From Pavona decussata (Eukaryota): 64,000 nt of DNA. This document shows, piece by piece, positions 52,813-64,000 of this stretch. The stretch is from positions 806,001 to 870,000 of the forward strand of contig CDRNST010000119.1 of assembly GCA_977016875.1 (NCBI GenBank). The letters are read 5' to 3'. The first letter of the stretch is position 1. The number at the start of each line of letters is the position of its first letter. Below the pieces are notes generated by a model that saw only the letters and a list, made by a program, of their open reading frames with translations, searched no databases and had not been told where the DNA came from. A program made the translations under genes and the position numbers.

Positions 52813-54995
52813 CTAAAATGGAAAAAATGAATAAATGAAGAATGATGTAATTAATAGTAAAGTAGAAAACTTGACTATTAATTTTGACAATTTTCCTGTC
52901 ACCTGTCCTTTTTCTGGGAGCTTAACGAGACGTGCTGTCCAAATGCAAACATAGCATAAACTACGACGTCTTTTGATCTAGTTCAAATAAAATGCTTTTG
53001 TAAGATGTTTTGGCACTACCTGTTTGGAAGAAGCGGAGTAAAATTTACTTATCTTTTTCACAGTAAATGCAAAGACATCGTAATTGTAATCGTAATTACA
53101 GATGTTGGTGAGTGTTAGTACAATTAGTATTTGTATTATAAAGGCTGCTTTCTCTCTTATACTTGAATAGAGATACGATTATAAAAATACTCTAAACTTA
53201 ACCAACAAAAGCATAAGTTAATGATCAGATTAGAGATTTCCGTTTTATATAATTGAATAAGGGACTTGTTGTTTTTTTTTTACAGGAAGATAACAAGAGG
53301 CTGTTCTTTTTGTTGCCCGGAGTCAGCATCAATGTACATTCCATAGACAGGACTCTCAGACTGGAATTGTGCACGAAGGTGTTTCTGTACCATTTGTCTA
53401 CTGAAACCATAGACTTTCTGTTCTAGTTCCCTCTCATGCCAAGGTAATAAAGCAATCAGACGGCCTTCGTGCTGTATCCATTCAGGATATCCTCCTTGTC
53501 ACAACTGGCCAATATTAACAATGGAACTCTGACAAGACAACGTCATAAGTTGTATCAACATCAATTCCAATCAAATGGTTTATGGTGAAACTGCAGTTCA
53601 GAGGCCCAATGTGCTGCTCTCTTGCTATCCTCTGAAGGGCTAGCACGGGATTATCATAGCAGAACCTTATGAAGGCATGGCAATGTAGCGCCAGTAATGC
53701 ATTCAGACTGAGATGGAATGGTCATCCCTCTTTTGCAATCTTGGGATCAAAAGGGGACATTAAAACCAACTTCTCCACACAGGTGCAGAAAATAGCATCT
53801 AGATTCTGAGCTCTCTCTCTGAAGGACATGTGGAGAACATAAACCAGAATTCTTTCAAGGGTCTTCCGTAATGGTCTGTAGGCTCGTTTCTTCCACCTCT
53901 GGAAGCTGGTAACAAAACTGTGCTTTTTCTTTATGAACAAATGAATCAAGGAAAAAGTGCACTGCCAGCATGGACCAGTGGCCTTTAAATAGCTTGAGAA
54001 CATTGCCTGTGTCGTCATTCCTGGCATAGTGAACAGCACAGAGTTCAGGCGCATCCACACGATTTAATATTGTGTACAATGCGTTTTCCAAGGGTGTATC
54101 ACTGGCTGGGTTTCCTCCAAGAATTATGCCATCACTGTCGTTTACCACAACTGTGTCGAGGTATGCAAAACATCCAAACGACCCCTTTCTGGAACAGAGG
54201 CTTGATAAGCACTTTGATCCAAGTATGGCTGGTGAAGCTCATCTCCAACTTTACACTCTGTGTAGTATGTCTGGAACAGCTTGTAACGCATTTTTCACTT
54301 TCCTGTTGGTTAAGTGACTGAGCGGCTCATTACTAAACTCCAAAATCGGGAACTGTTGGACATTCTTATGCACCTTCATAGCATCACCCAGGGCCGAGGC
54401 AGGGCTTCCAATGTCAATCTTCTCGTATAGAACTACAGCTATTCGAGGCCGCCTTGCTCATTGAGAAGCTGTTTTTTGCGATTCTGGTGCATCTTCTGGT
54501 TCGCCTGGCAAGGCCTTCATGGCTGTGCTAATCAGCTTGCCAACCTCACACGTTAGCTGAATGTTGAGTTAAAATTTCTGCTGTATGGCCAGGCATAATT
54601 TATTTAGAACCTAAACAAAAAAATGTACAACTTACTCACCCATGGCTAGAGCTGTGTTTATTACCATAATGGTTATCATCATCATCGTGTCTTTTATTTA
54701 AACACAATAAAATTCGCGTCAAAAATTATATTCTCTTACTTCTTAGCCCTATAAAAAGAAAACTGTTTTTGTCTTGGAAATACAACGCTGTACCTCGTTC
54801 CTGTACTTTGCAACAAGAAAGCCCGTTTCTGGGACTTTTTAGTTTAAATCGGTTAAAATAATAACATTATTTCATTTTGAGTCACATCAATTTAAGACAT
54901 TTGTTTTCTTTATCTGCTGAGCAACAACAATGGTTGAGGCATTTGTTGCACTTACTATGCGACAACTTACTAAGATGGAGAGTGCGTGTATTGCC

Positions 54996-55549
54996 TCATG
55001 CCTTATTTGCATCCTGCAATGTTGCTGGGAAATTTTCCGGAGCTCTTTTGATGGTGCTCAACTGGTCGTCAGAGAAAAGTGTTTTCCAGTGTCTTCCGTC
55101 TTCTGTGTAGCAAACAAGAAGTTCTTCATTTGCACGGATATTTCGCTTTGACTTGTTTCAAAGGAAACCCTTTCGCTTGGGAAACTGGCAGTTACCACGT
55201 TCAGCTATCAGCCTAGAGAACTTGGATCCTGCCAAGGAAAAAGGAAACAATCCGTCATTGCAATTTTTCCCCAACCCTGTTTCGTACTCCTTTTCTGTGC
55301 TGTCAGTGTCCACGGAAAATCCCTTTTTTTTGGACAGTCACAAGGTAATCCCCAGATCTATTCGGATCATGCCAGCCTACAGTAGCTGTTGGTGCATAGG
55401 CAGAAACAAATGTGTCGGTAGGTATTGCTCAAACAGTAAAGAGCCCAGTGCCTGTACTTGCACCACCGATACCAATGCAAGTACTTTCACGAACCTGCAA
55501 GTGGTCCTCTGCTGTAGAAACAGGGGAATAATGGTGTCGCTCGCAATTT
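54996..55549 (-). pseudogene. SET-domain remnant, unit 21
   Basis: Copy of 257-810, same lesions. Confidence 0.78.
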
Positions 55550-57732
55550 CTAAAATGGAAAAAATGAATAAATGAAGAATGATGTAATTAATAGTAAAGT
55601 AGAAAACTTGACTATTAATTTTGACAATTTTCCTGTCACCTGTCCTTTTTCTGGGAGCTTAACGAGACGTGCTGTCCAAATGCAAACATAGCATAAACTA
55701 CGACGTCTTTTGATCTAGTTCAAATAAAATGCTTTTGTAAGATGTTTTGGCACTACCTGTTTGGAAGAAGCGGAGTAAAATTTACTTATCTTTTTCACAG
55801 TAAATGCAAAGACATCGTAATTGTAATCGTAATTACAGATGTTGGTGAGTGTTAGTACAATTAGTATTTGTATTATAAAGGCTGCTTTCTCTCTTATACT
55901 TGAATAGAGATACGATTATAAAAATACTCTAAACTTAACCAACAAAAGCATAAGTTAATGATCAGATTAGAGATTTCCGTTTTATATAATTGAATAAGGG
56001 ACTTGTTGTTTTTTTTTTACAGGAAGGTAACAAGAGGCTGTTCTTTTTGTTGCCTGGAGTCAGCATCAATGTACATTCCATAGACAGGACTCTCAGACTG
56101 GAATTGTGCACGAAGGTGTTTCTGTACCATTTGTCTACTGAAACCATAGACTTTCTGTTCTAGTTCCCTCTCATGCCAAGGTAATAAAGCAATCAGACGG
56201 CCTTCGTGCTGTATCCATTCAGGATATCCTCCTTGTCACAACTGGCCAATATTAACAATGGAACTCTGACAAGACAACGTCACAAGTTGTATCAACATCA
56301 ATTCCAATCAAATGGTTTATGGTGAAACTGCAGTTCAGAGGCCCAATGTGCTGCTCTCTTGCTATCCTCTGAAGGGCTAGCACGGGATTATCATAGCAGA
56401 ACCTTATGAAGGCATGGCAATGTAGCGCCAGTAATGCATTCAGACTGAGATGGAATGGTCATCCCTCTTTTGCAATCTTGGGATCAAAAGGGGACATTTA
56501 AACCAACTTCTCCACACAGGTGCAGAAAATAGCATCTAGATTCTGAGCTCTCTCTCTGAAGGACATGTGGAGAACATAAACCAGAATTCTTTCAAGGGTC
56601 TTCCGTAATGGTCTGTAGGCTCGTTTCTTCCACCTCTGGAAGCTGGTAACAAAACTGTGCTTTTTCTTTATGAACAAATGAATCAAGGAAAAAGTGCACT
56701 GCCAGCATGGACCAGTGGCCTTTAAATAGCTTGAGAACATTGCCTGTGTCGTCATTCCTGGCATAGTGAACAGCACAGAGTTCAGGCGCATCCACACGAT
56801 TTAATATTGTGTACAATGCGTTTTCCAAGGGTGTATCACTGGCTGGGTTTCCTCCAAGAATTATGCCATCACTGTCGTTTACCACAACTGTGTCGAGGTA
56901 TGCAAAACATCCAAACGACCCCTTTCTGGAACAGAGGCTTGATAAGCACTTTGATCCAAGTATGGCTGGTGAAGCTCATCTCCAACTTTACACTCTGTGT
57001 AGTATGTCTGGAACAGCTTGTAACGCATTTTTCACTTTCCTGTTGGTTAAGTGACTGAGCGGCTCATTACTAAACTCCAAAATCGGGAACTGTTGGACAT
57101 TCTTATGCACCTTCATAGCATCACCCAGGGCCGAGGCAGGGCTTCCAATGTCAATCTTCTCGTATAGAACTACAGCTATTCGAGGCCGCCTTGCTCATTG
57201 AGAAGCTGTTTTTTGCGATTCTGGTGCATCTTCTGGTTCGCCTGGCAAGGCCTTCATGGCTGTGCTAATCAGCTTGCCAACCTCACACGTTAGCTGAATG
57301 TTGAGTTAAAATTTCTGCTGTATGGCCAGGCATAATTTATTTAGAACCTAAACAAAAAAATGTACAACTTACTCACCCATGGCTAGAGCTGTGTTTATTA
57401 CCATAATGGTTATCATCATCATCGTGTCTTTTATTTAAACACAATAAAATTCGCGTCAAAAATTATATTCTCTTACTTCTTAGCCCTATAAAAAGAAAAC
57501 TGTTTTTGTCTTGGAAATACAACGCTGTACCTCGTTCCTGTACTTTGCAACAAGAAAGCCCGTTTCTGGGACTTTTTAGTTTAAATCGGTTAAAATAATA
57601 ACATTATTTCATTTTGAGTCACATCAATTTAAGACATTTGTTTTCTTTATCTGCTGAGCAACAACAATGGTTGAGGCATTTGTTGCACTTACTATGCGAC
57701 AACTTACTAAGATGGAGAGTGCGTGTATTGCC

Positions 57733-58286
57733 TCATGCCTTATTTGCATCCTGCAATGTTGCTGGGAAATTTTCCGGAGCTCTTTTGATGGTGCTCAACT
57801 GGTCGTCAGAGAAAAGTGTTTTCCAGTGTCTTCCGTCTTCTGTGTAGCAAACAAGAAGTTCTTCATTTGCACGGATATTTCGCTTTGACTTGTTTCAAAG
57901 GAAACCCTTTCGCTTGGGAAACTGGCAGTTACCACGTTCAGCTATCAGCCTAGAGAACTTGGATCCTGCCAAGGAAAAAGGAAACAATCCGTCATTGCAA
58001 TTTTTCCCCAACCCTGTTTCGTACTCCTTTTCTGTGCTGTCAGTGTCCACGGAAAATCCCTTTTTTTTGGACAGTCACAAGGTAATCCCCAGATCTATTC
58101 GGATCATGCCAGCCTACAGTAGCTGTTGGTGCATAGGCAGAAACAAATGTGTCGGTAGGTATTGCTCAAACAGTAAAGAGCCCAGTGCCTGTACTTGCAC
58201 CACCGATACCAATGCAAGTACTTTCACGAACCTGCAAGTGGTCCTCTGCTGTAGAAACAGGGGAATAATGGTGTCGCTCGCAATTT
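57733..58286 (-). pseudogene. SET-domain remnant, unit 22
   Basis: Copy of 257-810, same lesions. Confidence 0.78.
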
Positions 58287-60469
58287 CTAAAATGGAAAAA
58301 ATGAATAAATGAAGAATGATGTAATTAATAGTAAAGTAGAAAACTTGACTATTAATTTTGACAATTTTCCTGTCACCTGTCCTTTTTCTGGGAGCTTAAC
58401 GAGACGTGCTGTCCAAATGCAAACATAGCATAAACTACGACGTCTTTTGATCTAGTTCAAATAAAATGCTTTTGTAAGATGTTTTGGCACTACCTGTTTG
58501 GAAGAAGCGGAGTAAAATTTACTTATCTTTTTCACAGTAAATGCAAAGACATCGTAATTGTAATCGTAATTACAGATGTTGGTGAGTGTTAGTACAATTA
58601 GTATTTGTATTATAAAGGCTGCTTTCTCTCTTATACTTGAATAGAGATACGATTATAAAAATACTCTAAACTTAACCAACAAAAGCATAAGTTAATGATC
58701 AGATTAGAGATTTCCGTTTTATATAATTGAATAAGGGACTTGTTGTTTTTTTTTTACAGGAAGGTAACAAGAGGCTGTTCTTTTTGTTGCCTGGAGTCAG
58801 CATCAATGTACATTCCATAGACAGGACTCTCAGACTGGAATTGTGCACGAAGGTGTTTCTGTACCATTTGTCTACTGAAACCATAGACTTTCTGTTCTAG
58901 TTCCCTCTCATGCCAAGGTAATAAAGGAATCAGACGGCCTTCGTGCTGTATCCATTCAGGATATCCTCCTTGTCACAACTGGCCAATATTAACAATGGAA
59001 CTCTGACAAGACAACGTCACAAGTTGTATCAACATCAATTCCAATCAAATGGTTTATGGTGAAACTGCAGTTCAGAGGCCCAATGTGCTGCTCTCTTGCT
59101 ATCCTCTGAAGGGCTAGCACGGGATTATCATAGCAGAACCTTATGAAGGCATGGCAATGTAGCGCCAGTAATGCATTCAGACTGAGATGGAATGGTCATC
59201 CCTCTTTTGCAATCTTGGGATCAAAAGGGGACATTTAAACCAACTTCTCCACACAGGTGCAGAAAATAGCATCTAGATTCTGAGCTCTCTCTCTGAAGGA
59301 CATGTGGAGAACATAAACCAGAATTCTTTCAAGGGTCTTCCGTAATGGTCTGTAGGCTCGTTTCTTCCACCTCTGGAAGCTGGTAACAAAACTGTGCTTT
59401 TTCTTTATGAACAAATGAATCAAGGAAAAAGTGCACTGCCAGCATGGACCAGTGGCCTTTAAATAGCTTGAGAACATTGCCTGTGTCGTCATTCCTGGCA
59501 TAGTGAACAGCACAGAGTTCAGGCGCATCCACACGATTTAATATTGTGTACAATGCGTTTTCCAAGGGTGTATCACTGGCTGGGTTTCCTCCAAGAATTA
59601 TGCCATCACTGTCGTTTACCACAACTGTGTCGAGGTATGCAAAACATCCAAACGACCCCTTTCTGGAACAGAGGCTTGATAAGCACTTTGATCCAAGTAT
59701 GGCTGGTGAAGCTCATCTCCAACTTTACACTCTGTGTAGTATGTCTGGAACAGCTTGTAACGCATTTTTCACTTTCCTGTTGGTTAAGTGACTGAGCGGC
59801 TCATTACTAAACTCCAAAATCGGGAACTGTTGGACATTCTTATGCACCTTCATAGCATCACCCAGGGCCGAGGCAGGGCTTCCAATGTCAATCTTCTCGT
59901 ATAGAACTACAGCTATTCGAGGCCGCCTTGCTCATTGAGAAGCTGTTTTTTGCGATTCTGGTGCATCTTCTGGTTCGCCTGGCAAGGCCTTCATGGCTGT
60001 GCTAATCAGCTTGCCAACCTCACACGTTAGCTGAATGTTGAGTTAAAATTTCTGCTGTATGGCCAGGCATAATTTATTTAGAACCTAAACAAAAAAATGT
60101 ACAACTTACTCACCCATGGCTAGAGCTGTGTTTATTACCATAATGGTTATCATCATCATCGTGTCTTTTATTTAAACACAATAAAATTCGCGTCAAAAAT
60201 TATATTCTCTTACTTCTTAGCCCTATAAAAAGAAAACTGTTTTTGTCTTGGAAATACAACGCTGTACCTCGTTCCTGTACTTTGCAACAAGAAAGCCCGT
60301 TTCTGGGACTTTTTAGTTTAAATCGGTTAAAATAATAACATTATTTCATTTTGAGTCACATCAATTTAAGACATTTGTTTTCTTTATCTGCTGAGCAACA
60401 ACAATGGTTGAGGCATTTGTTGCACTTACTATGCGACAACTTACTAAGATGGAGAGTGCGTGTATTGCC

Positions 60470-61023
60470 TCATGCCTTATTTGCATCCTGCAATGTTGCT
60501 GGGAAATTTTCCGGAGCTCTTTTGATGGTGCTCAACTGGTCGTCAGAGAAAAGTGTTTTCCAGTGTCTTCCGTCTTCTGTGTAGCAAACAAGAAGTTCTT
60601 CATTTGCACGGATATTTCGCTTTGACTTGTTTCAAAGGAAACCCTTTCGCTTGGGAAACTGGCAGTTACCACGTTCAGCTATCAGCCTAGAGAACTTGGA
60701 TCCTGCCAAGGAAAAAGGAAACAATCCGTCATTGCAATTTTTCCCCAACCCTGTTTCGTACTCCTTTTCTGTGCTGTCAGTGTCCACGGAAAATCCCTTT
60801 TTTTTGGACAGTCACAAGGTAATCCCCAGATCTATTCGGATCATGCCAGCCTACAGTAGCTGTTGGTGCATAGGCAGAAACAAATGTGTCGGTAGGTATT
60901 GCTCAAACAGTAAAGAGCCCAGTGCCTGTACTTGCACCACCGATACCAATGCAAGTACTTTCACGAACCTGCAAGTGGTCCTCTGCTGTAGAAACAGGGG
61001 AATAATGGTGTCGCTCGCAATTT
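60470..61023 (-). pseudogene. SET-domain remnant, unit 23
   Basis: Copy of 257-810, same lesions. Confidence 0.78.
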
Positions 61024-63206
61024 CTAAAATGGAAAAAATGAATAAATGAAGAATGATGTAATTAATAGTAAAGTAGAAAACTTGACTATTAATTTTGACA
61101 ATTTTCCTGTCACCTGTCCTTTTTCTGGGAGCTTAACGAGACGTGCTGTCCAAATGCAAACATAGCATAAACTACGACGTCTTTTGATCTAGTTCAAATA
61201 AAATGCTTTTGTAAGATGTTTTGGCACTACCTGTTTGGAAGAAGCGGAGTAAAATTTACTTATCTTTTTCACAGTAAATGCAAAGACATCGTAATTGTAA
61301 TCGTAATTACAGATGTTGGTGAGTGTTAGTACAATTAGTATTTGTATTATAAAGGCTGCTTTCTCTCTTATACTTGAATAGAGATACGATTATAAAAATA
61401 CTCTAAACTTAACCAACAAAAGCATAAGTTAATGATCAGATTAGAGATTTCCGTTTTATATAATTGAATAAGGGACTTGTTGTTTTTTTTTTACAGGAAG
61501 GTAACAAGAGGCTGTTCTTTTTGTTGCCTGGAGTCAGCATCAATGTACATTCCATAGACAGGACTCTCAGACTGGAATTGTGCACGAAGGTGTTTCTGTA
61601 CCATTTGTCTACTGAAACCATAGACTTTCTGTTCTAGTTCCCTCTCATGCCAAGGTAATAAAGGAATCAGACGGCCTTCGTGCTGTATCCATTCAGGATA
61701 TCCTCCTTGTCACAACTGGCCAATATTAACAATGGAACTCTGACAAGACAACGTCACAAGTTGTATCAACATCAATTCCAATCAAATGGTTTATGGTGAA
61801 ACTGCAGTTCAGAGGCCCAATGTGCTGCTCTCTTGCTATCCTCTGAAGGGCTAGCACGGGATTATCATAGCAGAACCTTATGAAGGCATGGCAATGTAGC
61901 GCCAGTAATGCATTCAGACTGAGATGGAATGGTCATCCCTCTTTTGCAATCTTGGGATCAAAAGGGGACATTTAAACCAACTTCTCCACACAGGTGCAGA
62001 AAATAGCATCTAGATTCTGAGCTCTCTCTCTGAAGGACATGTGGAGAACATAAACCAGAATTCTTTCAAGGGTCTTCCGTAATGGTCTGTAGGCTCGTTT
62101 CTTCCACCTCTGGAAGCTGGTAACAAAACTGTGCTTTTTCTTTATGAACAAATGAATCAAGGAAAAAGTGCACTGCCAGCATGGACCAGTGGCCTTTAAA
62201 TAGCTTGAGAACATTGCCTGTGTCGTCATTCCTGGCATAGTGAACAGCACAGAGTTCAGGCGCATCCACACGATTTAATATTGTGTACAATGCGTTTTCC
62301 AAGGGTGTATCACTGGCTGGGTTTCCTCCAAGAATTATGCCATCACTGTCGTTTACCACAACTGTGTCGAGGTATGCAAAACATCCAAACGACCCCTTTC
62401 TGGAACAGAGGCTTGATAAGCACTTTGATCCAAGTATGGCTGGTGAAGCTCATCTCCAACTTTACACTCTGTGTAGTATGTCTGGAACAGCTTGTAACGC
62501 ATTTTTCACTTTCCTGTTGGTTAAGTGACTGAGCGGCTCATTACTAAACTCCAAAATCGGGAACTGTTGGACATTCTTATGCACCTTCATAGCATCACCC
62601 AGGGCCGAGGCAGGGCTTCCAATGTCAATCTTCTCGTATAGAACTACAGCTATTCGAGGCCGCCTTGCTCATTGAGAAGCTGTTTTTTGCGATTCTGGTG
62701 CATCTTCTGGTTCGCCTGGCAAGGCCTTCATGGCTGTGCTAATCAGCTTGCCAACCTCACACGTTAGCTGAATGTTGAGTTAAAATTTCTGCTGTATGGC
62801 CAGGCATAATTTATTTAGAACCTAAACAAAAAAATGTACAACTTACTCACCCATGGCTAGAGCTGTGTTTATTACCATAATGGTTATCATCATCATCGTG
62901 TCTTTTATTTAAACACAATAAAATTCGCGTCAAAAATTATATTCTCTTACTTCTTAGCCCTATAAAAAGAAAACTGTTTTTGTCTTGGAAATACAACGCT
63001 GTACCTCGTTCCTGTACTTTGCAACAAGAAAGCCCGTTTCTGGGACTTTTTAGTTTAAATCGGTTAAAATAATAACATTATTTCATTTTGAGTCACATCA
63101 ATTTAAGACATTTGTTTTCTTTATCTGCTGAGCAACAACAATGGTTGAGGCATTTGTTGCACTTACTATGCGACAACTTACTAAGATGGAGAGTGCGTGT
63201 ATTGCC

Positions 63207-63760
63207 TCATGCCTTATTTGCATCCTGCAATGTTGCTGGGAAATTTTCCGGAGCTCTTTTGATGGTGCTCAACTGGTCGTCAGAGAAAAGTGTTTTCCAG
63301 TGTCTTCCGTCTTCTGTGTAGCAAACAAGAAGTTCTTCATTTGCACGGATATTTCGCTTTGACTTGTTTCAAAGGAAACCCTTTCGCTTGGGAAACTGGC
63401 AGTTACCACGTTCAGCTATCAGCCTAGAGAACTTGGATCCTGCCAAGGAAAAAGGAAACAATCCGTCATTGCAATTTTTCCCCAACCCTGTTTCGTACTC
63501 CTTTTCTGTGCTGTCAGTGTCCACGGAAAATCCCTTTTTTTTGGACAGTCACAAGGTAATCCCCAGATCTATTCGGATCATGCCAGCCTACAGTAGCTGT
63601 TGGTGCATAGGCAGAAACAAATGTGTCGGTAGGTATTGCTCAAACAGTAAAGAGCCCAGTGCCTGTACTTGCACCACCGATACCAATGCAAGTACTTTCA
63701 CGAACCTGCAAGTGGTCCTCTGCTGTAGAAACAGGGGAATAATGGTGTCGCTCGCAATTT
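63207..63760 (-). pseudogene. SET-domain remnant, unit 24 (partial unit)
   Basis: Copy of 257-810, same lesions. Confidence 0.78.
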
Positions 63761-64000
63761 CTAAAATGGAAAAAATGAATAAATGAAGAATGATGTAATT
63801 AATAGTAAAGTAGAAAACTTGACTATTAATTTTGACAATTTTCCTGTCACCTGTCCTTTTTCTGGGAGCTTAACGAGACGTGCTGTCCAAATGCAAACAT
63901 AGCATAAACTACGACGTCTTTTGATCTAGTTCAAATAAAATGCTTTTGTAAGATGTTTTGGCACTACCTGTTTGGAAGAAGCGGAGTAAAATTTACTTAT

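Larger units (their letters stand above)
1..64000. repeat. Tandem array (macrosatellite) of a 2,737-bp unit, ~23.4 near-identical head-to-tail copies, running off both window edges
   Basis: Every ORF in the track recurs at a 2,737-bp step (e.g. 191, 2928, 5665 ... 63141). One step is 2,736 because of a 1-bp deletion in unit 7, also present in unit 1. The motif cttcttagccctataaaaag recurs at each unit start. No inversions, insertions or unique DNA seen. Confidence 0.99.

Noticed and set aside
1-64000. CRISPR array, rDNA, 5S, histone or snRNA gene tandem cluster
   Set aside because: No repeat-spacer structure, no recognisable rRNA, tRNA or snRNA sequence, and no histone ORF or histone stem-loop. 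A divergent small RNA cannot be fully excluded without an Infernal/Rfam search.
1-64000. Rolling-circle amplification artefact or concatemer of a small plasmid or ssDNA virus
   Set aside because: Variants are shared among units in ordered, nested blocks rather than as random errors, and no Rep or capsid ORF is present.

Overview
The whole 64 kb window is one uninterrupted head-to-tail tandem array (macrosatellite) of a 2,737-bp unit: 23 full copies plus a partial 24th. Units start at 1, 2737, 5474, 8211, 10948, 13685, 16422, 19158, 21895, 24632, 27369, 30106, 32843, 35580, 38317, 41054, 43791, 46528, 49265, 52002, 54739, 57476, 60213 and 62950; units 1 and 7 are 2,736 bp. Copies are almost identical (about a dozen variable sites found by eye). 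The DNA looks eukaryotic (AT-rich spacers, GT-AG splice signals, a Kozak ATG). None of the ORFs in the supplied track is a credible complete gene. Translating the minus strand by hand through stops and frameshifts shows two disrupted genes in each unit. (B) A compact SET-domain (lysine methyltransferase-like) remnant at unit positions ~810-257, broken by two TGA codons and a +1 frameshift in an A8 run and invisible in the ORF track. (A) A ~1.3-kb multi-frameshifted remnant of a protein I cannot assign, at ~2641-1278. All copies share the same lesions, so amplification followed the damage. Variant patterns show higher-order block duplications, two array subdomains and a mosaic unit. All four variants I found in the SET exon are synonymous, while all five in gene A change the protein. 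I found no rRNA, tRNA, CRISPR or transposase. All of this is from manual reading; no searches were run.
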